Shown here: positions 50,832-63,905 of the stretch, one piece after another
Numbering within the stretch: the first letter of the stretch is position 1
How the letters are laid out: the number at the start of each line of letters is the position of its first letter
NCBI GenBank assembly: GCA_905178155.1
Contig: CAJINV010000003.1
Coordinates: 8,662,179 to 8,726,178 of the forward strand
DNA length: 64,000 bases
Source: Amoebophrya sp. A120
Taxonomy: Eukaryota; Protista; Dinoflagellata
Direction of reading: 5' to 3'
Made by a program: the position numbers and the translations under genes
Notes under the pieces: generated by a model
What the model was told of the DNA's origin: nothing
What the model saw: only the letters and a program-made list of their open reading frames with translations
Database searches by the model: none

Positions 50832-53234
50832 TCTACCGCTTGCTATTATGAAAGAAATTAAAAAAGAAACGAAAAAAAAAACTCTTAGGCTCGACCAGCG
50901 CGGGCCGTGTCGGTGAAACCAATACTAGCCGAGAATCAAGGAAATCTCGCTACAGCAGGTGGCTGATGTTTCTCCTCTAGCGGCAGGCTGCACGCAGCAA
51001 AACCAGCTAACACTAACTAGCTGCCCAAAGTCTGATGTTGGTCCGTGTAGCCCAGCGGCTCACGGGTGGGAAAGCAAACTCCAACTCTCTTTCTGCCGTC
51101 TGAGTCTGTATCAGTATCTTCAGTTTCGCAATTATGGTCTCAACACCCTCTCTACTCCTTCGTTTTTTCTCTTGCTTTCAAAGTGTGTCTCTATGTGAGC
51201 GACTGCCTCTGTCCTGATGATCTCCGTAATCGCTTCCACCTTCTTCAAGAAGAACTTCAACTTTTTCATCTAGACACAGCAATAAAGCTCCTCTTCGAAG
51301 AAGTACACAAATAGATACTCACCAACGGCAGGCACTGTTGACGAGCATGAGATAGTGTTAGTGATAGAGAGCTAGTCTGCCGCACTAGTGAGTTTCAGCC
51401 GACAAGAAAGTCTCGCACTTTATTCCCCAGATACACAGGAAGTGGGTGCGTGACGCAAGATGCGAGTTCCGACGACATTCACATGATAGCCCTGGCCTTG
51501 GGCGCCTTCTACTACCATCATTATATTTCAAGATGATACATAGACTGGCAATGCACAGCCGCTAGCTGAGAACATGTCTGATTAGATGAAGTAGATTGAG
51601 GACCACGACAAGCACGAACATGGAGACCACGGTCTGAGATGCATTTTATGTGCTTGGTGGAATCACCAGTAGAATTGGGATTGGATGTAGACTAGACCCC
51701 ACGCCCTTGCGTCTGCTTCAACTTTCGCGTCTGATTGATGTGCATGTCGCTTTCATCATCCTCTCTTCGGCTTCGGGGACGACTGCCAGTGTCGTGACAG
51801 CATTAGACAAAAATCACAAAACTAATCCTGACGGATTACGACTACTTCAATGTTGCGTTGGACTTGCACTTGGATGAAGAGAGTTGCAAGCTCCAGCTGC
51901 TCTTGGAGTCGGTCGCGTCGTAGTACATGCGGACAGGGTCATGTTGGACCGACCGCCGGCTGGTAAAAGTGAACTTGGGCAGTAAAAACTATCGGACGAT
52001 CTCTTGCTCCTACTTACAGTGAGTCACTAGCTTCTTCAATATGGAATTGTAATGTATATGTACAAAAGGATAACATCAAAAATGGTGAAGTGAAAAGTTG
52101 TAAAGTTACAAAAAATCATCTGGAGTATGACGGAGAATCTATGTGATTCCACATCAAGAACTTCGCCAACAGAAACGGAAACGTGCACAAACAATGGAAA
52201 CGCGAGCCCTTTTTCTCGTGCTGGCTCCGGTAAAAAAAATCATGAAAATTGTCGTAGTGTAACTAAAGCTAAACCTATGGAAAAACTGATATGCTAGACA
52301 TTGATCCTGCAATTGTGATTTCTAGTGCTTCTAATGAGAACATGTCAAACTCAAATAGAATGATAAAGCTGTAGCTCCTGAAGGATTCGCATGCCCTAGT
52401 AAACTGATCACGTTGCTATCTGCAGCTCATACATGAGATACAGCTGCCAATTTGGCAAGAGGTTCCAGCAATATGATGAAGAACGATAATGAAGCCTCAA
52501 CATGCATGCTTATCGCTACATACTCAAACTCATACAACAACAAAAGAAAAAATTAATGCATCGCTTGCGCCAGTTAACAGATGAAGCGCTTTTTTTGTTG
52601 TCTCCTCCGCTTCAAGGCGCGCCGGACACCCTAGCGGGGCTGCAAGTAGATCCGTGGGCGGAGCCAGTGCATCGTACGAAAAAAGTGCTTCTGTGTAACG
52701 ATTAAGCAAGGCAGCTTTCGGTTTGCATCACAAGCGTAAGTTCGTTCCATGACCAAAAATAAAAGAACAGTTCTCACGCGTGATTCCATGCAAGAAAGGG
52801 AAACACGTTTCATCAAAACCGCTGTCCTACATCATCTGATCTACTGGCGTGACTAACTCTAACACTGCTGCACTGCATCCTCGCCAGCATGAAAATTTCA
52901 TTACGGTGAACTGCTTTTTTCATGCGATACAGTGATCTTGTTGTCGAACTGCCCAGGTATCGTAGTTGAAGTTCGCTCCTTGTGGCGCTGTCAGGCGTTA
53001 CATTGATTGCTATCGCACGAAGATTTTGTGACGCAAGACTAGCAACAAAAGCAAAAAGGGACGACAGCTTCGCATGCGCATCTGGCATTAAGTAGCATCA
53101 CCATCAGAGGTTCTTTGGCAGTTGGCGCGTTGAGGACCTGTCACGCGAAGCCAATTAATCGCGTCTCGGGACGAGGGAACAAGGGATGATAGATAGACAT
53201 AGATGAGTAGTGCTTCTGCATGACAAATCACGTA

Positions 53235-56200
53235 TTAAAACAGCACTGAATGTAACGCTTGAGAACGCCATAGCACTGGAAAGCTGCTCCTTCTCGAAAG
53301 CTTCTTCGCATCCTTGCGCAAGTCCTCTTGGCGGGCTGGATCTTCCTCGTCGTTCGCCTCAATCCGCTTTTCCAGGGCCACCTTAGCCCACCGTTCGATC
53401 GGATGGTCATCCCGCAGGTAGTTGAGTAGATCAGTTCGCGCGAAGCCGTCGCTATCCATCGTGTTGATAAACTTGTCCGCGTCGACGCGCGCACGAAGGA
53501 CGCCGCGTGGTCCAGCGGACATGTCTACCTCCTGCGGAAAGAAGAAGCGGTCGCCTTGGACATACGCCAGCGCGTCCGGGAAGGTGGCAACGAGCCGAAA
53601 CGCCGGTAGCAGGAACATCCAAAGGTTGTACCACCAAGTTGTCTGCCCCGTGGCCGCGAGTTTCGTGTGCACGCCCCGCTCGTCGTACGGGTTCTCGCGC
53701 CAGGCCCGCATCTGAAAGAGCTCTTGGTCGAAGCTCTGCCGCATCGAGTATCCAGGAAAAAAACTGTGTAAGTGACTCTGTAATGCAGAACATGCGACAG
53801 AGTTACGTCTGTCATGCCAGAAAGCCACGAGGTCTCTTTTCATTATGTGTGCCATGCATGACAGGTTTTCTCTGTCATGTAGAGCAAACTTCTGATGCTG
53901 TAGGACAAAGAAAGTTACACTAACACAGTTTTTTTCTTGGATATCGAGAACGAAAACTGCACCGCCGTCGCGGCGAAGTGGTACTTTGTCCGGAAGCTGC
54001 AGCGCGAACCAGGGGTAGGAACCCCTTCCAGCTGCAAGCGATTCGCCACGTACCCCGTGTCCTCTTCGGTCAAGGTTCGATTCACGTACGCCGCGTGCTA
54101 TGGCAAGAACGCCTCTGGAACCACTCAAAAGCACCAAACAAATCTGTAAACCTGCTTCCGAATGATCTATAGTAGTGCAGCACATGTGAAGCAGCTCGCA
54201 CTGTTTTTAATTCTATGATAAAAAGGGGCCAACTACACAACATGCAAATGAGGCGCGTCTTCACACTCGCAAGCGAGCCTTTTCCTTCGGAGTGTCTGTG
54301 CCAGGAGATGATCTCCTGGCGCAGACACGCATCTGTAGTCTTGCATGTGACACACATCTCGGTATGTGTCGGGACATGCAAGAAAGACACGCTTCAAATC
54401 AAACTACACGCAAATGTTGTATTACTGGACCACGCGTCGATGGCTGTTGATAAATAAAAATATGCTCATTTTCATCGTCTTCAACAGATTTGTTTCATTT
54501 TGAAAAGTTCCCTTCCTCGCTCTGCATACCTCGAGTTCGTGGCTGACCAGCGCGGCGAAGAGGTTCTGCGGAGGGCATGCCTGGAACCAAGACAGGTATG
54601 AGAGTGCACAAGTCCTCGCTCTCTGAGGGCTGGACGTCGTGCATTTGCATTTTAATAGGAGCCGAAGGCCACTTATGCTCGTGCCTGATCTGTAAAAATA
54701 TAATCGGGTGCCATTATTTCTAACAGTAACTACAAGTCGCGCTTCTGCTTCCGCGGCCCCTCAGGAAGCTGCTCTATCATGCTGGTGCTTTAAAGTCGTG
54801 CTCTGTAGCTTTTTTTTTCTGGCACGGCCGGAGCGTGCTCGCGTAGAAAGAATGGCACTGATGATATTGATGTTGAAAGAACAAAGACCTCCTGGCCCAG
54901 TACGTCGTGCTTTCTAGTTCTACTTATTCAATGAACATTCATTATGAAAAGAGAGGACGAACCGCTGTGCAAGCCGATAAGAGAGGGTGCCGCTTCACGC
55001 TGGCCGGCGCCCGGAACTCAATCCGCGTGTCGCCCGGCTCCGTAAACACAGTGCAGAGAGATTTTCCCGATGCTTGCGCCGGCAGCAACGGCTCGGTGGT
55101 CGCGTTGGTGGCCCCCGCAGCGCCCCCCAAATCCTCCTGCAGGAAAAGTTGCGACGACACGAGACCACCCCGGCTCAGGGTAGCAGGAAGGTTTTCTGCG
55201 GTGTTGCCCGCAACAGTCATCGAGAGGGACTCCAAATTCGCGGGGGCCAGGTTCGGAACGACCATCGAGAAGTCTTGTCGCCAGATGGCCTCGAGGTCCA
55301 CAAAAATTCCTCCGTAGCGCTCGACGACCGCGAAACGGACACGCTCCTTGACGCGGGGCGCACGCTGCTTCGCGACGGCCGCCGGAACGGAGCCGGCGGG
55401 CGTCGAGGGGGCGCGCCACACGCTGTACTCTGACGGGTCCAGCAAAGCCGGCAAGCGGGTGGGATCCAACACGTTCACCTTCCAGCCCTCATCTTCCGGG
55501 TGCAAGTACTGGAGCTTCCGGATACTCGCGACCTGCAACGGGTTCGGCGGAAGGTGCTCCACGTACACCCAGATTTTCCGGGGCACCCAATTCATGTGCT
55601 GATGCACCCACTGCAGCCACGCTGCGGTGAGCGCCTGGTACCTGGGGCTCGCGGCCGAGTCGGAATACTGCGCAATCCACCCTGGCGCTAACGGGGAAGC
55701 AGACGCGCTTTCTCTTGTTGCGATTTTGGTTTGCCCGTGTTCCTGCTGTTGCTGCGTGAAGGAAGCAGCCCACGTTGACGCAGAAGTCCAAACCGCGGCG
55801 CCAGGCTCGGTCGTCTCTTGAGGCTGCAAATCCGCGGACGTCGTGCTGAGTGACTTATGGTGGCGAAGTGGGTGACTTTACAGAATGCTGCTAGCCACAA
55901 GAAACATCGCAGTCTGCCCTGAGAATTTTCTACATTTGGTTTATACTGATCTTTGTGTTTTGCCATGCGAAAATGAACACGTCAAGTACCACTGATTCAA
56001 CTTCATGGGTCGCCCGGGGTGATTAGATTGATCAGATAATTAAACAGTTTCACTGTGCCCCTTCCTTGCATCACAAAAAAAGCTGTATAGGAGAATTATC
56101 CGCGCGACAAGTATATTACTTTTTTCCTACCCACGGCTACCAGCAGTCGGGAAGGTCACTGGCTTGCTCTCGATACTGGTGAGAAGGCTCAACCAGATCA

Positions 56201-58281
56201 GCAGCTTCGGCCTCGCGTGAAAATGAGGTTTGGACGAAGCTATTTTCAGGACCCATGGACCCCGGATTGTGCACGCTCAGATTGAGTTCCGGGTCATCGG
56301 CATAGACGATGTACTTGCGCGGCATTCGTCGCTTGGAGACGACGAGGCCGCGGTCGGACAATATTTCGTTGTTCAGCAAGTACGTCTGCGCGTGCACAGT
56401 TTCTGCCTGCTGCAACTCCACCAAACTGCTATGGCGCACTCCGGTGATGCTCGCATACCAAATCAGGGCCCACAGAAGAGAGAACAAGATCAAAAAACCC
56501 CACCACCCGGTTGTCAAAAACAAACAGGTTTTGGGCATGGCCCAACCAATCGCATCCCAAATCGTGCAGATGGGGCACCCGTTCCGAATAATGCAGCAAC
56601 GGTCGCGCGCCAGCAAATCGTACTTTCCCCCGATGATGATAAATCCTTCCTTGGCCGCGGGATACTCGATAAGCAGCTCGTCTTCTTGGGTCTTCGTAAT
56701 AGTAGAATTCGTGCTTGTAGTTGTTCCACTTTGCGGGCCTGCAACGGTCGAGAGGGCTCCGACGTGTCCCCGCGTTTGTTGCTGTTCGCCAACGGGAGAA
56801 GCCGAAGTGCCGGATCCGGGGGCAGCCCGGCCTTCGCGGCTGATAGGCGCGCCCCGGTAGGCCAACACTGTGCCTCCGTCGCTGGTTTGCGACCCGAGCG
56901 CCACCATCTGCGCCGCTGACCCCCGGATAGCCTTCCCGACCAGCATGGGGCGCTCGTTGTAGGATTTTGGGGGCGAGGGGGGCCTGCAGCACCCAGCACA
57001 CGCCGGAGTCTGACCTTGCTGCTCGGCAATGTCGCCGTCCAGTGCAGCGGCACCCGCCATCGCACTGTAGAAATCATTCCCTGCTGATGAGCGGCGCGAG
57101 CTGCCCGACACTGCACTGCGTTCGGCGGCACTCGCGCGATCATTGGCGGCGGGAGCTCCTGCGCCTTGCTCGGAAAGCAAACTTCTCGGAGCTGTGCCCC
57201 GAGAGTCCGGATCCACAATCGCAGTGCGCCCCGTCGGACTCAGATCCGCAGACACCACCAGTGGCTTCCCGGTCGGGATCACCGAGGCCATTCGTCCGTC
57301 GTCTTCCTGAGCCAGGGCATTACCGTCGGCATCCACCAAGGCCTCGCCCGTTTTCTCATTCCGCGCTAGTCGTTCTTGTCGACGCTGTTGCTTCTTCAGC
57401 TCGTGTTCCTCGCGAGACCAGGGGTAATGATAGGAGGGAATGTAGCCGGAAGGCATCACATACTCCGAGGACACCGGTGGCTCTTCCCCAGGAGGCGGGG
57501 CGGGGCGGAACTGGTAGTTGTCAAACACGCGGTCGAAAGACCGAAACACGCTGGAAACACTGCGCACCGGCTCGGGGCGAACAAACGGCACAAACTTCGG
57601 CGGCGCGAACCGCTTCGGGTCCCGATACGCCCGGAGCGTAGCACGGCCCTCAATGCTAGTGACGTCGTAGCCCATCAGGTGGAGGTCGTAATCGGTGTAG
57701 TCGATCAACTGAATGGTGAGCAGCAGGTAGAAAAACCAAGAATAAGCCGCCACCAGTGGGATCAGCCCGGCCGTCGTTTCGAAGGACACGTACAAGGCGT
57801 ACCCCTTGCGTGCGAAAGGGAACAGGAAACAAAACAGAAAGACCTGGGCGATGAAAAACGAGAGGATCAGCCAGGCGGCCCGCTTGCGAATGTTTTTCCG
57901 GATCACCCGCATCCACGAGGGGTCCGGCGGCGCTGGGGGCAGGCACTTTTTCCGTTCCTGCGCCGCGTACGCAATGCCTTCTGGCCACAACTGCACGTTG
58001 CGCTCGAACGGCTCTTGCGTCACCCCGTCCGACGCGAGTTGAAAGCCATCGAAGAACTCCTGGGTCTGCAGCTCCTCCGACCCAGGGTGAACAAACGCGT
58101 CGTTCTCGCGCCCGAGAAAGAATTCTTGCGTCCGCAGTGTCGTCTGTTGCTGCATGGCCAACCGCTTCTCGTCGGCGGTCGAGAGCTGCTGCTGCTGCGC
58201 CACGACGTCCTCCAGCATGTCATCCCCCTCTAATGCGTACTCCCCCCGCGGCGCTCCTGGTTGCTGCTCCGCAACGACCAT
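53235..58281 (-). CDS. Multi-TM protein fused to a GT32-type (DXD sugar-binding / capsular-polysaccharide-synthesis-like) glycosyltransferase domain
   Basis: VPRKIWVY...WKVNVLD...RVRFAVVERYGGIFVDLE...SWFQACPPQN. In-frame joins SHQ/LSTT, HPL/SWFQ, ELE/(H)AAY and FS/MRQS. The true 3' end may lie further downstream because another TATGG end occurs near 53272. Confidence 0.72.
53749..53943. mobile_element. Introner, perfect DR TCGAG
   Basis: TIR tatcca.gaaaaaaactgtgt.agtg; frame restored. Confidence 0.92.
54099..54528. mobile_element. Degenerate introner (GT-AG compatible)
   Basis: G-TATG...CATA-G boundaries; in frame. Confidence 0.65.
54597..54979. mobile_element. Introner with decayed DR
   Basis: tat.....tgcaca..gtcctc at both ends; HPL/SWF in frame. 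Confidence 0.7.
55856..56175. mobile_element. Introner with decayed DR
   Basis: gtgactttacagaatgctgctagcc versus gtgaccttcccgactgctggtagcc inside TAT ends; fuses ORFs 56137-58377 and 54942-55829. Confidence 0.82.
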
Positions 58282-60002
58282 CCGGCTCAGCGTTGATTTT
58301 TTTTTTGGTCCCTGATGTCCTTGCTCTTGTACGCGCGAAGGAAATAAAAGTACTAGACGTGAACCGTGTATGCACAAACAACACGGTCCTTGCGTTCTTG
58401 CTGGCGCGACCGCGTCGTGTTATTTTTGATGCAACAAGGAAATCATGGAAAGACAACTTTTTCAATTTTCAAGTTTTTGTAGATTTAGCGGAGTTCTTGT
58501 CTCTTTAATTTAATCGCATTGGAATTCCGAAGATCCGCTTCCTTTTATGTTTTTCGTGTCAAATAGATTATGGGATTTATGTAGATTTAGACCTGGATTC
58601 ATAAATTAAAAAGCACGAAGCTTGAACCAATAGAGGCGAAAAAGAGGCGGGAAGATAAGTCATCATCTTTATGCAGAACGCACCAAGCTACTTCTTCTTG
58701 CAAAAGCTCAAGGAATGATCTGGTCGCTTCCGAAAACAAGACCTCAAACTGTAGCAAATCAAATGCGTAGACCGATTGAATTTCCTTTCACTGCGCGACG
58801 AGCGACGCACAAGCACGACCGAGAGGTGACAGAAAATGTCTACTTCCTTGCTCCGCTCAACCACCGAGTACGTATACGTAATACGACCGAACCCGAAACG
58901 ATGAAAAAGAAAATGCTAGGACCTTGCAGAAGGAGCTATTCTGATGTCTATTTTCCGAATATGTTTGTAGTTGTGACCGATACGGCGTATCCGATGTATC
59001 CTAAAAGTTATGACGTCCTTTTGAATACAATGAAGCAACTGAATAGGATGAGAGATGACAGCTGCTGGTACGCAGACTCACCGGCAGACCACGACCGAAG
59101 GAATCTGTCACAGCGTCGCCCGCGACCACATCAAGAACAAAATAGTACTTTCTCGTCTTCAACAACAAGAAATGTTGTGACTATAGTTAACCAAAACGCC
59201 GAGGATTTTTGCGCCACTTCAACTTCTAAAAGTAAGCCGTGAGGGAAAGAGATCACCTCAATGGACTGGAGGTCCTCGCGGTGAGTACACCTTTTGACAC
59301 TCGTTCTACAAAGAAATCACGACGAAGATGACAAAATTGAAGTTTTTCTGAGTCTCAATCTGATTGAAGAACATGAATAGCAGTAGCCAGCACGCACTAC
59401 CATGGGTTGCGCTTGACCTCGCTGTTTGTGCGAAAAGTAGATGAAAGGACATCCATCTCAACAAAGATGAACAAGTAAGTGTAACAAGATCAAAATAGTA
59501 ATAGAAAACCTAAAAATATTAAACCCACAAAACCCAGAAACCCTTTGCAGCGACGGACAGGGACCGCAGTTTGATGTAAAAAGTCGCGACGTCCGCTGGC
59601 GAAGGCAGGTCGGATCTGGTGACAAGTGGCGGCGCATTCCATATTCCGGCCCTAATTCACAATAACAAGTAAGTGTAAGACGTATGCATATCTATAAATA
59701 GAGACAAAAAGGCAACACGGACAACAAGGAAGGCCCTTCTAGGTTAGTATGGAGGTCTGTGCTGGCAGCTTCCTTTTTATAATTATATACTGAAGACACT
59801 GATGATGAACCAGGGAGTGGGAGCTCCAACTCTGCAATCTTCAATGCGCTTACGATATACAACGTGTTAAAGACACTACACCAGAAGTGCGTGAGCACTC
59901 GTTCCCGTAAAAAATCAGGGCTAGTAGAAATACATCTCCGTCGAGTTGAAGTATATCAACATCAAGAACATGCTTCTTCTTCAACATTCCGACTTCAACA
60001 GC

Positions 60003-63000
60003 TCAATTCGTCGTAGCGAGGTGCGTTGCGCCGAACTCCTCTCCCTTGCGCACCTGTGCTTTCAGGTCTGGTAACATTGCATCAAGGAGTTGCTTCTCCC
60101 TGTCGGGTGGCATGCATGAGAAAAACCTCCACCTCGAAAATAATACATATATGCCCATCATCATGCGGCGCAGCTGGAAATTCAAGTTCAAATTCCTGGA
60201 TTCGGACTCGGATGCGCGGTCGCCTCTTACCTGGTACATCTTGCCTGCACGACCTGCAGATAAAACACGAATAGAGCCGCGGCCAGAGGCATTAGATGAC
60301 CAAGTAGAAAAAGAAATACATCGTAACAGGCACCAGAGGGACCAGCACTAGCAGTGTACTACACGTTTAAATACAACACGAAATAATATGATTCGCGTCT
60401 GTTGATGGTAGGCACGTCTACAAAGTAGCAGCCGCTCTGGCTGTAAGAGCATATGCAGCGCTGGACGCTGTCGTTCCTCCTGTGGTCTGTATCTATCGTC
60501 CCCAGCTGCGCGAGCGCCACAGATATGGACACTATGGTGGCTCGAGGTTCTGGAGGTGTCTCTTCAGTTGATAGACATGGTGCACGTATGTATCTCCGCG
60601 ATTCCCATCGTGTTCAGAGTCACTGGAGAGGCAAAAAAGCCGCAGCCTGAGTAAATCTCGGAATCCACAAATGCGCAAGCCTTCTGCGTGTGTGGGCCCT
60701 TGAGTGCAGCTGCGACTTTCGCAGTGAACGCGGCACCGGCGTGTGCCAGTGTATGGAAGTGTCAGGCGGCAAAAAATCGAGGAGAAAGAAGTTCAAGTTG
60801 TAAACTACAATGCAGAAAATTTTACGGCCACGATAAGCAAGTAACACGACACCCACTGATGATTACAGCGCTATCGCTAAGGTATGAGTATCTATACTAG
60901 AGAGCTCTGGATCGTCCAGGTCATCCATAAAAACCTGTCGCTTCACAAAGAAAAAAGAGAAAAATGGCGGCTGCGCGTCGGCCAACTGATTGCAACGGCG
61001 CATGTAAAATTCATTCTCCAATCGACAACAGATTGATTCGCGCCTTTCTTCAGAAGCCACAAGTCTGTCTGTCAACCATAAAGCAGTTCGGAGACCCCAC
61101 AGTGCGAGGCTTATTCTTATTGAGTATCGATCGTATTATTATTTGCAGCTGCCTCGGGGGCCCGCCGCGGCCGCGCTGTCTTGCGCGTCGCGTCGCAAAG
61201 CAAAAAATGACGCCAACATGTAAAGAGCAAAGAATCCTGCTCGCAAAGAATAAGAAAAAGAAGTGTTATGATGCTATATTTATAATTTGTCATCGTCGCT
61301 AACGCTATCTCATCTGTACTTGATGCCCTTGCACCATGAGGTTGAAATGCACACTGACAAGAACGATATCTTCGCACCTGGCACTTCCATACATCGACAG
61401 TGTTGCGGATCCAGCGCCGTCCTTGGCTTTCACAACCTGTATTTTTTTTTACCATTCACGACTCATGAGGGCGAGTTGTAAAGTCAAACCAGGCTTAATA
61501 TGCACAAGCTTCGAAGTGGGTAGGAGCGCGCAAAAAAAGCGTAAAAAAATTGGAAGTCAGACGTTTTCGTTTCCATGCCCCTGCCGTTTTTCGACGTTCT
61601 ACTGATGCGCATCCACCACAATCGACATTGAACATTTGCGCGGACTCTTGGAAAGGTCGCGATCCAAGTTCATTTTGAAACAGAAAGAAAAACAAAAAAC
61701 GGAACCACTCACCGTTCCGACATAGGTAAAAAACTATTAATCAACAAAATTCAATGTCAATTCTGTAGTACTAAACAAAAATAACCATGCGTGTTGTCAT
61801 GCAAAGCTGCATGCCTGAGCCTGCAACCTTGAGCTTAGCAAGGGGGAGAAAGGTACGTTGTTACCCAGGATATACGGAAAAACGTTCTAAGTACCTCATC
61901 GCCCCCGAACTGAATTCTTTTGGTGAGCGCGTCCAGCTCCGCATCCGGAATGCCATATCGATCTGAAAGTCTATTACTTTGAAAAAAAAGTGCCCCTGCC
62001 TCGCTCCCAGAAGTGCGAAAGGCTAGTAATGCGCAGTTTCCTAGATGACCTTTTGTCTACTTCTTGCACCAGAGACCTAGGACCAATTTTTTTGCTCCGG
62101 ATTTTAGGCTTGCAGGGCACGACCACAAGCACGACCTCTTAAGTGAATGGCAAGTCGAAAAAATGTTGCTGGGACTTTGTAAAGCGCAGCACATGCACAT
62201 CTTTGTTACTCTGGATTGCAAATTTGTCTTTGTGCTGCTGGTATGTCCAAAATGTGGAGTGTTTCAACTGAAAAATTTTCATCTGGCATCGCAAGCACTT
62301 CCGCTTTCTTGCGTTGAGGTAGGCGCACTTTTCGACATGATAAAACACTCCTCAACAGCACTAAGCAGGTCATAGTCATAAAGTGTGCAGAAGCACGTGC
62401 AGCTTGTTGCAGGAGAGAGCTTACTACATCAAAATCAACTGTAGGTGTCGCCGTAGACGTAGTGCTTGTGGTCCTTGTTTTCTGTAGAGTTGCGGCAGGT
62501 TAATGTAGTGGCAAGACTCGCACGTTGTTGTCATGTCAGGAAAAGTCAAAGCGTCGCGCTCGCGCCATGCATACATGTACTATGCCGACCTTTTTACCTA
62601 GAAAAGAAAAGACAAAGAGTAGATGCATTGTAGCGTCCGTCTCTAATCGCGAACGCGGCGACCATGAACAAATGACGGCGGGCATTTTTTTCCTGTGGCA
62701 GCGAAAAGCGTCGTGGTCGAAAGTGTTTTCATCACCATAGGCCAGAAACATGACTCAGCAGCGGAAGAATCGTGGTTCCCGCGTGCCCTCCGATGACCGG
62801 CACGTCACACGAATTCACGTCGACTTTCAGTTTCTCTGCGACGAAAGTGTTGGCCCGAGTGACATCCAGAGTTGTCACGCCGAAAAGTCGCCGCTTATCG
62901 TAACAGCCTGTGATGTTGTAGTTGCAGCATATTTCAATATGCTCTGCGGAGGACCAAGATGAACAGGATAACTTTATACGAAAAATCGAAGCAATGCCAC

Positions 63001-63905
63001 GAGTGTGGGCTTTCAATCAACGTCCTGTGGTGTATCGTCTATCGTGCGGCTTTCTGATTTACAAGCAGGCTGCTAAAGTTCATAGATGACAATCATACGC
63101 AGGCACCGATCTTAGAAACAAATGCAACACTACGCCGAGCATCGATTCTGAGAAGTACGAAAAATCTTGGAACCTGCGCTAGCGCTAGCGTCGCGCTTTA
63201 TAAATATCACTGCTGTACTAGTTGCCTATTCTTCCAACTTTCACTTTTTGTATTCGGCGAAGGCAGCGACTTATTTATGAAACAGTGAAGGAGTCGTGCA
63301 AAAATTCAGAAATTATCAAATGATATAAGGCTTACGACGTACCGTGTTTCGCAAGAACCGCTTTCCAGATCGGCACCATGGAGTTCACGGGATTTGAGAT
63401 GACACAGAACATTGCGCTCGGACAGTTTTTTGCGCAGGCGGTGGCAATATATCGCGGAAAAAAAATAAAGCGTAGCAAAAATACAAACAAAATGGTGAAG
63501 AAGATCATGCGTGGCAAAGGCAAACGCATATGAATGCCTTGCCCCCGACATGATTACATAAGACAACCACAATAAATGCTACGCGCTAGTTTTTTTTCAT
63601 TCTGATACGAGATCCGCGTTGATGCCAGCGTTTATCTTGAACAAATCGTCCCGGGTCATTCCGGGCTTCCGCGGTACCCCAGCAGGCACGACCACAACAT
63701 CTGCGCCCCGCAAGGCAGCGTCAAGCTCTCCCTTTTTGTAGCCACCGACAACTTGACATGGAGTGGAAATGTGACTGATATCCACCGCGACTCCTGCTAC
63801 CACCGGCGCCACGTCGTAGAGGCTAAGCTCGTCGATGTTTGGATCCTGCTTCAGCAGCAGAGCTAGCGGCTGCCCGATCCCACCCGCGGCACCGCACACC
63901 ATTGC
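60003..63905 (-). CDS. MDH: NAD-dependent malate dehydrogenase (mitochondrial/glyoxysomal type), at least 7 exons, 5' end outside the window
   Basis: [91 protein letters not shown]../..[36 protein letters not shown]../..[22 protein letters not shown]. Plain GT-AG introns at 62908-63342 and 61437-61894. Confidence 0.96.
60111..60573. mobile_element. Degenerate introner, last MDH intron
   Basis: acctcca..cctcga near both ends; MS/DREKQ in frame. Confidence 0.7.
60752..61391. mobile_element. Introner splitting the MDH SM/AHAG motif, no AG acceptor
   Basis: TIR tatggaagtg(t/c)cagg; flanks CAGTG/CATCG. Confidence 0.92.
61956..62739. mobile_element. Degenerate introner, DR TGCCA/GGCCA
   Basis: Weak TIR; HVSG/(I/L)PDAEL in frame. 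Confidence 0.6.
63450..63607. mobile_element. Degenerate introner in MDH
   Basis: TATC...GATA ends followed by A-tracts; DL/ATACAK in frame. Confidence 0.75.

Noticed and set aside
58715-59242. 175-aa plus-strand ORF
   Set aside because: No recognisable domain and opposite to the gene block; it lies between two minus-strand genes.
1846-63607. Ciliate-style IES removed at the DNA level
   Set aside because: Not favoured: many junctions offer GT or GC donors and grade into GT-AG introns, and IES-type TA direct repeats are absent. It cannot be fully excluded without checking genomic reads for empty sites.
48306-63905. NMO and MDH as frameshifted pseudogenes
   Set aside because: The conserved motifs are intact and the frames are restored by element removal.
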